64,000 bases of DNA from Phycisphaerales bacterium (lineage in GTDB: Bacteria; Planctomycetota; Phycisphaerae; Phycisphaerales; UBA1924), in assembly GCA_965227775.1 (NCBI GenBank), contig OZ245777.1, positions 2,848,001 through 2,912,000 on the forward strand, read 5' to 3'. Below the pieces are notes generated by a model that was given only the letters and a program-made list of their open reading frames with translations, searched no databases and was not told the origin of the DNA. Numbering within the stretch: the stretch's first letter is position 1; every line of letters starts with the position of its first letter. Made by a program: the position numbers and the translations under genes. This document shows, piece after piece, positions 38,084 through 49,445 of the stretch.

Positions 38084-40093
38084 ATGAGCAAGTACAACAT
38101 CGACGACATCCTCAGCGAGTTGACCGACTCGGGCGGGGGAGACGACACGTCTAAGAAAAAGGGCAAGGCCGCCCGCCACCGCATCGATGAGTCGGAGCAG
38201 GCGTTCAGCCCGCTGCCCTCGATGCCCGCCCACCAGGGCGAGAAGGGTCGCGCCTCGGTCGAGCACGACCCCGCGGTGAAGCAGAAGCCGCAGGGCGCAC
38301 CCGATGCTCGCGTCGGTAAGGCCATCAGCGACGTCTACGCGCCAGACGCCGAGTCGCCGGGTGATGAGTACGACACAACCGAACTCGCCCAGCGTCTGAT
38401 CGATAAGGGCGCCGTCTCGGCCGAGGACATGTCCCAGGCCCAAGCGATCGTCAAGCAGACGCCCGGGAAGCGACTCGTTGAGGTACTTCTCGAGCGCGGC
38501 GCCGACGAGGTGGCAGTCCAGCGGTGCGTAGCCGAGAACGCGGGCCTCTCGTTCGAGCGTATTGATCTCGACCTGGGTCTCGATGGCGGCTTCGACGGGA
38601 CCATGCTGCAGCGCCTCGGCGGCGACTTCTGCCGCGACCATCTCGTGCTGCCTCTGAGGACCGAGGGCCAGCGTGCGGTTGTTGGCGTGGTTCGTCCCGA
38701 CGACGTCTTCCTGTTTGATGAGCTCCGCGAGATGCTGGGCGTTGTTGGCGTCAAGATCATCGTGGTCACCAGCTTCGACATTCGCGGTGCGCTCGAAGTT
38801 GCCGGCATGGGCGAGCATGAGGAGCAGCCCGAGGACGTCGACCTCAACGAGATCCTCGATCAGGTCGACGAGCAAGACGTCCAGGTCGAGAAGAGCGACA
38901 GCCAGGAGGTCGATCTGGAGCAGAAGGCCGGCGAGAGCCCGGTCATCCGCTACGTGAACTACATCATCCAGCAGGCCATCAAGGACGGCGCGAGCGATAT
39001 CCACATCGAGCCGGCCGACAAGAAGCTCAAGGTGCGTTTCCGCATCGACGGCGTGCTCTTCGAGGCGATGAACCCGCCGGCGTCGATGTCGGCAGCGATC
39101 ACAAGCCGCCTGAAGATCATGGCGAACCTCGACATCTCCGAGCGCCGCGTGCCGCAGGATGGTCGTATCCGCTGCGTCGTTGCCGGGCGCAAGCTCGATC
39201 TTCGCATGTCGACGCTGCCCAACACGTATGGCGAGAAGACCGTCATGCGTATCCTCGACACCAAGAGCATCAACGTGCAACTCGAGGATCTTGGCTTCAG
39301 CGAGGACGCGCTGCAGGTCTGGCGAGGGCTTGTGACCGCCCCGCACGGTATCACGCTGGTGACCGGCCCGACCGGTTCGGGTAAGACGACCACGCTGTAC
39401 GCCTCGCTGCGCACGCTCGACAAGAACAAGATGAACATCTCGACCGTCGAGGATCCGGTGGAGTACCACCTCGACGGCGTCACGCAGACGCAGACGCACG
39501 AGAAGATCGGCATGACGTTCGCCAAGGCCCTCAAGGCCTTGCTGCGTCAGGACCCCGACGTCATCATGCTGGGCGAGATTCGCGACATGGAGACCGCCAT
39601 GACGGCGGTGCAGGCTGCTCTGACGGGCCACTTGGTGCTGAGCACGCTGCACACCAACGATGCGCCCTCGAGCATTACGCGTCTGGTGAACATCGGGCTC
39701 GAGCCGTTCCTCGTCGGCGCTGCCGTAAACGGAGTGCTGGCACAGCGCCTGCTCCGCCGGCTCTGCAAGCACTGCAAGGCCGAGGAGCGCCCCAGCGAGG
39801 AGATGTCCGAGTACCTCGAGATGCAGGGCATGGCCACAGACAAGATATGGACGGCCAAGGGCTGCGACAAGTGCCGCGGCACGGGCTACTCGGGCCGTGT
39901 GGGCATCTACGAGTTGCTCGCGGTCGACGATCGGCTCCGCGACGTCGTTGCCGGCAATCCCAACGTCAGCGAGTTCCGGCGAATGTGCCTGGAGCGGGGC
40001 ATGGTGTCGCTCCGCATGGACGGCATGAACAAGGTCAAGCAGGGCCTGTCGACCGTCCAGGAAGTGCTCCGCGTGACCGACGGCGGCCACTAA
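38084..40093 (+). CDS. PilB/GspE-family assembly ATPase
   Basis: ASDIHIEP, PQDGR, GPTGSGKTT, TVEDPVE, LRQDPD, two CxxC zinc motifs. Confidence 0.93.
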   Translation: MSKYNIDDILSELTDSGGGDDTSKKKGKAARHRIDESEQAFSPLPSMPAHQGEKGRASVEHDPAVKQKPQGAPDARVGKAISDVYAPDAESPGDEYDTTELAQRLIDKGAVSAEDMSQAQAIVKQTPGKRLVEVLLERGADEVAVQRCVAENAGLSFERIDLDLGLDGGFDGTMLQRLGGDFCRDHLVLPLRTEGQRAVVGVVRPDDVFLFDELREMLGVVGVKIIVVTSFDIRGALEVAGMGEHEEQPEDVDLNEILDQVDEQDVQVEKSDSQEVDLEQKAGESPVIRYVNYIIQQAIKDGASDIHIEPADKKLKVRFRIDGVLFEAMNPPASMSAAITSRLKIMANLDISERRVPQDGRIRCVVAGRKLDLRMSTLPNTYGEKTVMRILDTKSINVQLEDLGFSEDALQVWRGLVTAPHGITLVTGPTGSGKTTTLYASLRTLDKNKMNISTVEDPVEYHLDGVTQTQTHEKIGMTFAKALKALLRQDPDVIMLGEIRDMETAMTAVQAALTGHLVLSTLHTNDAPSSITRLVNIGLEPFLVGAAVNGVLAQRLLRRLCKHCKAEERPSEEMSEYLEMQGMATDKIWTAKGCDKCRGTGYSGRVGIYELLAVDDRLRDVVAGNPNVSEFRRMCLERGMVSLRMDGMNKVKQGLSTVQEVLRVTDGGH

Positions 40094-40108
40094 TGCAACC
40101 CCAGTAAG

Positions 40109-40142
40109 TTGACCGCAGCAGCCGCGATGCTATATTTGCATC
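40109..40142 (+). promoter_or_regulatory. ars promoter with overlapping putative ArsR operator
   Basis: TTGACC-N16-TATATT with extended TG; inverted repeat GATGC-N7-GCATC (40126-40142) over the -10; ATG 6 nt after the -10. Confidence 0.7.
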
Positions 40143-40535
40143 ATGGCGTCACTATCCCAATCTCAAAGCCCTGCCTCACCCCGCCAGGCGGCCCGCCGCC
40201 GGGCGGCCGTCGACGGCTTGCTCGACCCAGACCTGTTCAAGGCCCTGGGCGACCCGACCCGCGTGCTGCTGCTCCGCTGCCTCATGAAGTGCAAGCGGGC
40301 CTGCTCGGTGAGCGAGGTCGCCGAGTGCTGCGACGTGGACTTCTCCGTCGTGGCCCGGCATCTCTCCCTGCTTGCCCGGGCCGGCGTGCTGGAGGCCAGG
40401 AAGGAGGGCCGCACGGTGTGGTACACGCCCCAATGCGATGATCTCTCTCAGACCTTCCGGTCGCTCGCCGATGCCATCGACGATTGCACCCCCGCTGCCT
40501 CGTGTTGCGACACCGATTGCTGCGAGGAGGGCTGA
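40143..40535 (+). CDS. arsR: ArsR/SmtB-family repressor
   Basis: FKALGDPTR, winged HTH, Cys-rich; first gene of the ars operon. Confidence 0.9.
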   Translation: MASLSQSQSPASPRQAARRRAAVDGLLDPDLFKALGDPTRVLLLRCLMKCKRACSVSEVAECCDVDFSVVARHLSLLARAGVLEARKEGRTVWYTPQCDDLSQTFRSLADAIDDCTPAASCCDTDCCEEG

Positions 40536-40536
40536 C

Positions 40537-40988
<452 letters not shown>

Positions 40989-40992
<4 letters not shown>

Positions 40993-42083
40993 GCGAGCCA
41001 GCGTGCGTTACCGCACCTTGCAAGCGGCTGGGCGTGCTCGACCGTTTCCTCACGCTATGGATCTTCCTGGCGATGGCTGCTGGTGTAATCATCGGCAAGT
41101 TTGCCGGCGGCGTGCCCGAGGCGCTCGACTCGATGACCGTCGGAACGACCAACATCCCCATCGCCATCGGGCTCATCCTCATGATGTATCCGCCGCTGGC
41201 CAAGGTCCGCTACGAGAAGCTGCCTGAGGTGTTCAAGGACTGGAAGGTCCTCGTGCTCTCCCTGGTCCAGAATTGGGTCGTCGGCCCGGTCCTGATGTTC
41301 GTGCTTGCGGTTATCTTCCTGCGTGACCAGCCCGAGTACATGACCGGGCTCATCCTGGTCGGGCTGGCGCGCTGCATCGCGATGGTGCTCGTCTGGAACG
41401 AGCTTGCGCGAGGCAGTAGTGACTACGCCGCGGGTTTGGTGGCATTCAACAGCATCTTCCAGGTGCTCTTCTTCGGCGTGCACGCCTGGGTATTCATCAC
41501 CTACCTGCCGCCGCTGCTCGGGCTCGAGGGCAACGTGGTCGACGTCTCGATGGCCGAGGTGTTCCAGAGCGTGCTGATCTACCTCGGCATCCCCTTCTTC
41601 GCAGGCATGCTCACTCGATTTGTGCTTCGGCCGATCAAGGGCGAGTCGTGGTATAGCGGCGTGTTCATCCCCAGGATCGCTCCGATTACACTCGTCGCGT
41701 TGCTGGCGACGATCGTGCTGATGTTCTCGCTGCAGGGCGAGCGCATCGTCGAGTTGCCGTTCGACATCGTTCGCATCGCCATTCCGCTCACGATCTACTT
41801 CGTCGTGATGTTCCTTGTGAGCTTCTTGATGGCCCGCAAGGTCGGGGCCGACTACCCCAGAGCCGCAACGCTCGCGTTCACCGCGAGTGGCAACAACTTC
41901 GAGCTCGCCATCGCCGTAGCGATCGCCGTCTTTGGCCTGGGTTCGGGCGTGGCGTTCGCCACCGTCGTTGGCCCGCTGGTCGAGGTTCCGGTCCTCATCG
42001 GGCTCGTCTCGGTCTCGCTCTGGCTCGGCAGGCGTCTGTACTCCAACAACCCCACCGACAATCCCCAAGGAGATGTTCAATGA
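40989..42083 (+). CDS. acr3: ACR3-family arsenite efflux transporter
   Basis: [43 protein letters not shown]. Confidence 0.95.
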
Positions 42084-42952
42084 CCACCACCGATCCCAAC
42101 GCAGCGCGAGAGAACGTGTTGAAGGGCTACACGAAGATCGCACAAGACGGGCAGTGGTCGGGCGTGCAGGCGAACGACGCCCAGGGCTCGTGCTGCGGCG
42201 GTGGCGGCTGCTGCGGCCCCACGACGCTCACCGCCGACCAGCTCGCCAGCGCCGTCGGATACGCGCAGGGCGACCTCTCGGCTCTACCCGAGGGCGCGAA
42301 CATGGGACTCTCGTGTGGCAACCCCACCGCCATCGCCGCCCTCCAGCCCGGCGAGACGGTGCTCGACCTTGGCAGCGGCGGCGGGATGGACTGCTTCCTT
42401 GCGGGCCCGCGCGTCGGCCAGACCGGCCATGTCATTGGCGTCGACATGACGCCCGACATGCTGGCCAAGGCCCGCCGAAACGTCGAGAGCTACGAGCACC
42501 AGAGCGGCCTTCGCAACGTCGAGTTCCGTCTGGGCGAGATCGAGCACCTGCCCATCGCCGACGCGAGCATCGACGTGGTGCTGAGCAACTGCGTGATCAA
42601 TCTCTCGGTCGACAAAGCACAGGTGTGGCGCGAGGTTGCCCGTGTCCTCAAGCCCGGCGGCCGCGTCGCCATCAGCGACCTCGCGCTGGCCAAGCCGCTG
42701 CCCGAGTCGGTCGTGGCCGATCTGGAAGCGCTCGTTGGTTGCGTGGCCGGGGCCGATCTCATCGAGACGATCCGCCGCGACATGGAAGCCGCCGGCCTCA
42801 CGCACATCGAGCTGACGAGCAAGCCCGAGTACGTCGACGCCATGACGACCTGGCAGGACCCGTTGTACCAGAAGATCATCGCCGCGCTGCCTGGGGGCTC
42901 GAAGGTGAGCGAGTACGTGACAAGCCTGGACATCGCCGCCCGCAACGCATGA
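42080..42952 (+). CDS. arsM: arsenite S-adenosylmethionine methyltransferase
   Basis: N-terminal [30 protein letters not shown]. Confidence 0.92.
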   Translation: MTTTDPNAARENVLKGYTKIAQDGQWSGVQANDAQGSCCGGGGCCGPTTLTADQLASAVGYAQGDLSALPEGANMGLSCGNPTAIAALQPGETVLDLGSGGGMDCFLAGPRVGQTGHVIGVDMTPDMLAKARRNVESYEHQSGLRNVEFRLGEIEHLPIADASIDVVLSNCVINLSVDKAQVWREVARVLKPGGRVAISDLALAKPLPESVVADLEALVGCVAGADLIETIRRDMEAAGLTHIELTSKPEYVDAMTTWQDPLYQKIIAALPGGSKVSEYVTSLDIAARNA

Positions 42953-42993
42953 TTCGATCGGTGGCCGCGATCCAGCCGCGCTAGACTCGCCGC

Positions 42994-44547
42994 GTGAGGT
43001 TCGACACCAGCCAGCACATGCGTCTCGGGCAGCAGATGAAGCTGTCGCCCAGGGTCATCCAGTCGATGGAGATCCTGCAGATGCCGCTAGCCGACCTCGA
43101 ACAACGCATCGAGGAAGAGCTCGAGAGCAACATGGCCCTCGAGATCATCGAGCCGCACGCCGACAAACCAAAGGCCACGGACGAGACCGATCGCCCTGAT
43201 CGCGAGCTCACAATCGAGGACAAAGGCAACGCCCAGGACGATTTCGCCCGACTCGACAGCTTCCAGACTGACCAACCAGACGCCGCCGACAACGCGTTCG
43301 ACGGGCCGAGCCGCCAGAATCTTGAGCCTGGTTCGTCCAGCCGCGTGTCGGCGGGCGAGCGCGACGGCAAGATGGACGCGATGGCCGCCGCCCCCGCGCG
43401 GCAGGCCTCGGTGAGCGAGCAGCTCCGAGATCAGTGGGCCCTCGCCGAGATGGACGCCGAACTGCGCGCCATCGGCGCCTTCCTCATCTCGTTCATCGAT
43501 GAGGACGGCTACCTCCGCACGCCGCTGGAAGACATCGCCCGACAGGCTCCCGAGCCACTGGCCGAACTCGCCGGCGATCGCGACGCCTTGCTCGAACAGC
43601 TGCCTTGGGTGCTCGAAGAGGCCCAACTGGTACTCGAGCCAACTGGCGTTGGCGCACGCGATGCCCGGGAGTGCCTGCTGCTGCAGCTCGATGCCGTCCA
43701 GCAGGACCCCGACTTCAACGAAGACGAAGCGACCGACGACGCCATTGAGTCGGCCCGGTGGCTCGTGTCGGACCATCTCGACGACCTGATGAACAACCGG
43801 CTGCCCAAGATCGCCGAAGCGACGACGCTGACCATGGAGGAGATCAAGACCGGCGTGCAATTGCTGCGTCGGCTGAGCCTGGCCCCAGGTAAGCGACTGG
43901 CCCCCGATCGCAGCGAGCCGATCATCCCCGACGCGATCGTCGAGTACGACGAGGACAACGACCGCTACGTCGCCTTCCTGAACGACCGCAGCCTGATGAA
44001 CCTGCGGATCAACCGCGAATACTCCGAGATGGTGCGCACGCGCGAGCTCGACAAGCAGGGTCGTGATTTTGTGCGCAAGAACCTAAGCAACGCCCAGTGG
44101 CTTGTCGACGCGATCGGACAGCGGCGCGACACGCTGCTCCGCGTCATCCACGCCGTCATCGACGCCCAGCGCGAGTTTTTTGATTATGGCCCAGAGAGCC
44201 TGCGTCCCCTACCGATGACGCAGGTTGCCGAGCAGCTTGGCATCCACGTCGCGACAGTCTCGCGCGCGGTGGCGGACAAGTACCTGCAAACGCCCCGCGG
44301 CGTGGTCCCGCTCCGGCGTTTCTTCACCGGTGGCACGCAGAACGACGCGGGTGACGACGTAAGCTGGGCGGCCATCAAGGCTGCGCTCCAGGACGTTGTG
44401 GACAACGAGAACAAAGCCAAACCACTCAGCGACGAGGCCATCGTGCGCGAGCTCAAGAAGCGCGGCGTGGAGATTGCGCGCAGGACCGTCGCCAAGTACC
44501 GCGACCAGCTCAGCATTCCCGCTGCGCGGCTACGCAAGACCTTCTAG
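42994..44547 (+). CDS. rpoN: RNA polymerase sigma-54 factor
   Basis: Gln/Leu-rich region I, PTGVGARD, HTH, RpoN box ARRTVAKYR. Confidence 0.96.
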   Translation: MRFDTSQHMRLGQQMKLSPRVIQSMEILQMPLADLEQRIEEELESNMALEIIEPHADKPKATDETDRPDRELTIEDKGNAQDDFARLDSFQTDQPDAADNAFDGPSRQNLEPGSSSRVSAGERDGKMDAMAAAPARQASVSEQLRDQWALAEMDAELRAIGAFLISFIDEDGYLRTPLEDIARQAPEPLAELAGDRDALLEQLPWVLEEAQLVLEPTGVGARDARECLLLQLDAVQQDPDFNEDEATDDAIESARWLVSDHLDDLMNNRLPKIAEATTLTMEEIKTGVQLLRRLSLAPGKRLAPDRSEPIIPDAIVEYDEDNDRYVAFLNDRSLMNLRINREYSEMVRTRELDKQGRDFVRKNLSNAQWLVDAIGQRRDTLLRVIHAVIDAQREFFDYGPESLRPLPMTQVAEQLGIHVATVSRAVADKYLQTPRGVVPLRRFFTGGTQNDAGDDVSWAAIKAALQDVVDNENKAKPLSDEAIVRELKKRGVEIARRTVAKYRDQLSIPAARLRKTF

Positions 44548-46781
44548 CGCTGTGTCTGCTTGTCGATCACCATCCTGATGCGGATGGCGTTGCCGATCAC
44601 GCACAGGTCGCTCAGCGCCATCGCAGCCGCGGCCACCACAGGGCCGTGCTCACCAAGCAAGCCGAACGCCGCCGCCGGAATGGCCGCCGCGTTGTAGACA
44701 AACGCGAGGAACAGGTTTTGCCGGATTCCACGCCTCGTGGCGCGGCCGATGCGCACGAGGTCTACGACGGCAAGCGGGCGATCCCCGGGAACGATCGCAT
44801 CTGCGGCCTCGAGCGCGACGTTGCTCCCCGCATCGATCGCCACACCGATACCGCCCGCCGCGGAAGCGGCTGCCATCGCGGGCGCATCGTTGATACCGTC
44901 GCCCACCATCATGACGGTAGAGCTTCGAGCCGCTTGCTGAACGCGATCGACCTTGTCGCTGGGCGAGAGTCCCGCGTCAACCCGGCCACGGTCGAGCCCG
45001 ATCTTGTTGGCCAGCCTGTGGGCCGGTGACGGGCGATCGCCTGTCAGCAGTCGTGGCTCAATTCCGAGTTGTTGGAGTTCTTTCACAAACGCGTCGGCCC
45101 CGGTCCGCAACTCTTCGCGAAAGTGCACGACTCCCACGACCTCACCGTCCACAAGCACGACAGATGCGGGGCCACCTTCGAGCGACGCGTCGTCAAAGGC
45201 ATGACCGGCACGCCGGGCGGCATTGATCGAAACGAGCCTGACATCCTTGCCATCGACGCTGCCGACCATGCCCTCGCCGGCTCGCTCAGTCGCGTCGCGT
45301 GCTGGCTCGTACGCCAGGCCGCGATCGTCTGCCGCCCGCACGATCGCCTGCGAGAGCGGGTGGCTCGAGCGACACGCCAGCGATGCGGCGGCCGCGAGAA
45401 GTTCGTCGTTTGCGTCTTCGCGAACAACAGGCTGACCGCTCGTGATGGTGCCAGTCTTGTCCAGTAGCGCCACGTTCGCAATCGCCGCACGCTCGAGCGC
45501 ACTAGCCGATCGCACGAGGATGCCACGCCGACCCGCCGCGCCCGTCCCAACCATCACCGCGAGCGGCGTCGCTAGACCCAGTGCGCACGGGCACGAGATG
45601 ACGAGCACCGTCGCCGCGGTCACCACGGCCTTGCTGATGCCCCCGCCCGGCACGAGCAGCCACGCGACAAAGCTCACCAGCGCGATTGAAATTGACAGCG
45701 GCACGAAGATCGAAGACACCTTGTCGGCAAGGCGTTGCACATCTGCCTTGCTCGCCAACGCGTCAGCCACGAGCGCAACCATGCGGCCCAGCGTGCCGCT
45801 CGCGCCGTCGGTCGTCGCGCGCACCATCGCGGGTGTTCCGACCGCCACCGATCCAGCCATCACCAACTCGCCCGGTTGTTTCTCAACCGGCACCGATTCG
45901 CCAGTGACTGCGGACTCATCGAGCGACGCGGGCCCGAGCAACTCTCCATCGACCGGGCTGCGATCGCCCACGCGGACCAGCACGAGATCGCCCGGAATCA
46001 CGTCACCAGCCGGCACGCTCGCACCCGACGGATCGTTTTCGTCGGCAAGCACGGTCGCGGTGGTCGGCTGCATTGCCGCCAGCTCGCGCAGGGCCTTCGT
46101 AGTACCCCGGCGGGCCCGCCGTTCGAGCCAGTGACCGAGCGAGATCAGAGTGAGCAGGCCCGTGGCCTCGATGAAGTACGTTGGATGTTCGCCGCCTGCC
46201 GTGAAGATCAGGATCGCGTGCACCAGGGATAGCGTGTAGGCCGAGGCGCTGCCGAGCGACACCAGCGTGTCCATGTTCGTCGTCTTGCGATTGGCTGCGG
46301 CGATGGCCGATCGATAGAACGCCGAGCCGATGCAGATCTGCGCGAGCGTGCCCACCACAAGCGCGACCGCGAGCCCCGCGCCACTTGTCATGTGCAGCCC
46401 GAGACCGTGGCCAAACCAGTGGGCAGATTCCATCGGCAACCACAGCACCACGCCCAGCACAACCCGCCAGCGCCAAGCGTTGGCCTGCTGGGCATCTTCG
46501 GAACCAAGCCTCTGAGCCAGATCCGCCGCAGCATCTCCAGAAGACGCCGGAGCCGCATCGAAGCCAGCGTCGCGCACGCTGCCCGCGAGCGTCTCGGCAT
46601 CGAGCGACTCGCCTCTCACCAGCGCCGAGCCACCAGCGAGGCTGACCATCGCCGTGCGCACGCCTGGCGACTTCTTGAGAGCCCGTTCGACGCCCGCAAC
46701 ACATCCGGCGCAGCTCATGCCATCGACGCGTAGCCGGACGACTGCGTTCTCAGTCTCGTTGGCGGCGCTGGCGGTGCTCAT
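44544..46781 (-). CDS. copA: P1B-type heavy-metal (Cu+-like) ATPase
   Basis: GMSCAGC HMA domain, TGES, CPC, DKTGT, HP, GDGIND, YN. Confidence 0.85.
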   Translation of the reverse strand: MSTASAANETENAVVRLRVDGMSCAGCVAGVERALKKSPGVRTAMVSLAGGSALVRGESLDAETLAGSVRDAGFDAAPASSGDAAADLAQRLGSEDAQQANAWRWRVVLGVVLWLPMESAHWFGHGLGLHMTSGAGLAVALVVGTLAQICIGSAFYRSAIAAANRKTTNMDTLVSLGSASAYTLSLVHAILIFTAGGEHPTYFIEATGLLTLISLGHWLERRARRGTTKALRELAAMQPTTATVLADENDPSGASVPAGDVIPGDLVLVRVGDRSPVDGELLGPASLDESAVTGESVPVEKQPGELVMAGSVAVGTPAMVRATTDGASGTLGRMVALVADALASKADVQRLADKVSSIFVPLSISIALVSFVAWLLVPGGGISKAVVTAATVLVISCPCALGLATPLAVMVGTGAAGRRGILVRSASALERAAIANVALLDKTGTITSGQPVVREDANDELLAAAASLACRSSHPLSQAIVRAADDRGLAYEPARDATERAGEGMVGSVDGKDVRLVSINAARRAGHAFDDASLEGGPASVVLVDGEVVGVVHFREELRTGADAFVKELQQLGIEPRLLTGDRPSPAHRLANKIGLDRGRVDAGLSPSDKVDRVQQAARSSTVMMVGDGINDAPAMAAASAAGGIGVAIDAGSNVALEAADAIVPGDRPLAVVDLVRIGRATRRGIRQNLFLAFVYNAAAIPAAAFGLLGEHGPVVAAAAMALSDLCVIGNAIRIRMVIDKQTQR

Positions 46782-46790
46782 GGAGCGGGC

Positions 46791-47561
46791 CTAACTCCCC
46801 ACCACCCTTGGTTCTTCGAGGTGCGCATGCGCGGCATCGATACGAACGCGCTCGCCGTCGTCAGTTTGCAACACGAGCCTCCACTGGCGGTCCAGATCGA
46901 CCACCGTTCCGGTGATCAGCCGGCCATCGACACGGAACGCGCAACGCTCTCCACGGAGCGTACCGACGCCCAACCAACGATCTCCGATCGCTGCCGGAGG
47001 TGCGACGAGCCACTTCGACACAATTCCCAGGACGGCGGCCGCTACCGCTGGTCTGCCGGCATCGATGCCAAGATCTTCGAGGCTGACGGCTGCGCGTTCC
47101 AGACCCTCGTGCCAGCCTTGCTCGCGGGCGTGCACATTCACACCGATGCCTACCACCGCCAGCGATCGCGAAGATTCGATCAGCACGCCGGCGATCTTCC
47201 GCCCCGCGATGCCGTGCCCGCGCTCGACCACGTCGTTGGGCCACTTGAGTCCAAGACCGCTCGCCCCGAGCTGTTCGCACGCCTCGAGAACGCCCAGCCC
47301 AACGGCAAGCGACATGCCCGCCGCGGGAAGCGATGCTTCCACACACAGGCTCATCGAGAGCGAAGCGCCGTCGCCATCGTCCCAGGTTCGCCCTTGCCGG
47401 CCACGACCTGCTACCTGCCGCTTGCCGATGACGACAAGGCCCGGCTTTCCGTCTGCGAGCACACGCGCATCGCCCTGGGTCGAGGGCGTTTCGTCAAGCA
47501 CGACAACGCGATCGAAGAGACCCACGGGCGTCGTGATGGACTCCCAGTCCTCGGTTCTCAC
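46791..47561 (-). CDS. birA: biotin-protein ligase (no N-terminal HTH)
   Basis: GRGRQGR, KWPND, KIAGVL, GIGVN; GTGA overlap with nadC. Confidence 0.88.
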   Translation of the reverse strand: MRTEDWESITTPVGLFDRVVVLDETPSTQGDARVLADGKPGLVVIGKRQVAGRGRQGRTWDDGDGASLSMSLCVEASLPAAGMSLAVGLGVLEACEQLGASGLGLKWPNDVVERGHGIAGRKIAGVLIESSRSLAVVGIGVNVHAREQGWHEGLERAAVSLEDLGIDAGRPAVAAAVLGIVSKWLVAPPAAIGDRWLGVGTLRGERCAFRVDGRLITGTVVDLDRQWRLVLQTDDGERVRIDAAHAHLEEPRVVGS

Positions 47562-48487
47562 GACGGCGCCCCCGCATCGAGCCCGATATCGAGCCATACG
47601 GCGTGATGGGTGAGCGCGCCGACAGCGATGCGATCAACCCCGGTCCGCGCGACATCGCCCAGCGTCTCGAGCTCGACGCCACCGGAGGCCTCCAGCAGCG
47701 GGCGAGGCCCCTTCTCATTACGCATCTCAACGGCCCGGACGATTTCTTCAAGCCCCATGTTGTCCAGCAGGATGATGTCTAGCACGCCGTCATCGAGTTC
47801 GAGCATCGCGGTGAGTTGGTCCAGCGTGTCGACCTCGACCTCGACAAACGCGACCTGAAACTTCTCACGCGCATCGGCCGCCGCGCTCGCAACCTTCTGC
47901 GCAGCCTGCTCGGGCGAAAGCCCAACAAGGTGGTTGTCCTTGATGAGCACAGCGTCGAATAGGCCCATTCGATGGCTGTGGCCGCCACCGCAACGCACGG
48001 CGTACTTCTCGAGTTGCCTCAATCCGGGCGTGGTCTTTCGTGTATCGACGACCTTGGCGGGCGAGTCTCCCGTAGCAGAGACGTAGCGGGACGTGTGCGT
48101 CGCAACGCCACTCAGACGGCTCAAAAGGTTCAAGAGCGTGCGCTCGGCCGCGAGGATCTCGCGCCTCGGGCCGAGCAGCGCCCCAAGGCGCTGCCCTTCT
48201 TCGATGGTGTCTCCGTCGCTCGCGAGCGCTCGGAACAGCGTGGTTGGCGCGAGCACGTCGAGCACGTCGCCCACGGCCTCGAGCCCGCAGATGATCCCCG
48301 GCTCTCGTGCGACCACCCATGCCTCGGACCGCTCGGACGCGTCGACCATCACCGTGGCGGTCGGATCCTGGTGGTCCGGTCCCAGATCTTCGTCGCGGCT
48401 GATCTCCAGAAGCCGCCGGACCAGGCCCGAAGTCACGATCTGCTTGTATCGGTCGGCGGCGGATTGGGTTGTCGCGTTCTCGCTCAC
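47558..48487 (-). CDS. nadC: nicotinate-nucleotide pyrophosphorylase (carboxylating)
   Basis: DTRKTTPG, HRMGL, KDNH, EVEVD, LLDN, EASGG. Confidence 0.95.
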   Translation of the reverse strand: MSENATTQSAADRYKQIVTSGLVRRLLEISRDEDLGPDHQDPTATVMVDASERSEAWVVAREPGIICGLEAVGDVLDVLAPTTLFRALASDGDTIEEGQRLGALLGPRREILAAERTLLNLLSRLSGVATHTSRYVSATGDSPAKVVDTRKTTPGLRQLEKYAVRCGGGHSHRMGLFDAVLIKDNHLVGLSPEQAAQKVASAAADAREKFQVAFVEVEVDTLDQLTAMLELDDGVLDIILLDNMGLEEIVRAVEMRNEKGPRPLLEASGGVELETLGDVARTGVDRIAVGALTHHAVWLDIGLDAGAPS

Positions 48488-48576
48488 GCCCGATCGTATG
48501 GCGAACCGGCGGGGTCGGCACGGGCTTACACTGGCCCCTCAAAGAAACGCGTACGGGCCATTGCCCGGGAGGCAGC

Positions 48577-49368
48577 ATGGGTTTGTTGGACGGCAAGGTG
48601 GCCCTGATCGTGGGCATCGCGAACGAACGCTCGTACGCCTGGCACATCGCCAAGGCCCTGATCGATCACGGCGCCGCGTGTGCCTACACCTGCCTGCCCG
48701 GCGAAAAGAACCAGCGCCGCACCGAACGCGCCGTCAAGGCGCTGCCGGGCGAAGGCGGCAGCGATCCGCTCATCGTCCCGATGGACGCCGGCAGCGACGA
48801 CGACATCGATACGGCCATCAAGGCCTTCGAAGGCCGCCACGACGCGTTGCACGTGCTGGTGCACTCAATCGCGTTTGCGGATCGCGAGTATTTGGCGCAC
48901 GGCAAGTTTGTCGAGACACCGCGAGAGGCTTTCCTGAGCGCGGTCGATATCTCTGCGTACACCCTGCTTGGTCTCAGCAGACGGTGCCGATCGCTGTTGG
49001 CCAAGGATGGCGGCTCGGTGATGGCGATGAGCTACTACGGCGCCGAGAAAGTCGTGCCGGGGTACAACGTGATGGGCGTCGCCAAGGCGACGCTGGAGGC
49101 CACCGCCCGGTACCTGGCCGGCGACCTGGGCGCCGATGGCATCCGCGTGAACACGATCTCTGGTGGCTATCTGCGAACTCTTGCGTCGAGCGCCGTGGGC
49201 GGGGCCGACAAGATCAGCGAGCAGAACCTCGAGCGATCGCCCTTGCGACGCAACGTCGAGGGCGGAGACGTGGGCAACACCGCGGTGTACCTCGCAAGCG
49301 ACCTCAGCGCGGGCGTGACCGGTGAGAACATCTACGTCGATTGTGGGGCCAACATCGTCGGTGTGTGA
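48577..49368 (+). CDS. fabI: enoyl-ACP reductase
   Basis: GIANERS, HSIAFA, YNVMGVAKA. Confidence 0.92.
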   Translation: MGLLDGKVALIVGIANERSYAWHIAKALIDHGAACAYTCLPGEKNQRRTERAVKALPGEGGSDPLIVPMDAGSDDDIDTAIKAFEGRHDALHVLVHSIAFADREYLAHGKFVETPREAFLSAVDISAYTLLGLSRRCRSLLAKDGGSVMAMSYYGAEKVVPGYNVMGVAKATLEATARYLAGDLGADGIRVNTISGGYLRTLASSAVGGADKISEQNLERSPLRRNVEGGDVGNTAVYLASDLSAGVTGENIYVDCGANIVGV

Positions 49369-49445
49369 CGGCGGCCCGGCCGTTTGTTCGGGTCTCGTGC
49401 GGATTTGCGTGTAGAGCCGCGGCCGCATCTGCCGATGGATGAACT

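Noticed and set aside
37928..40090. Long antisense ORFs (also 52896-55229, 15429-17273, 17004-19145, 4920-6155)
   Set aside because: They are shadows of well-supported genes, expected from high GC3 codon bias; no recognisable motifs
42994..44547. Sigma54 (-24/-12) promoters in the window
   Set aside because: No correctly spaced TGGCAC-N5-TTGC was found by eye in intergenic regions
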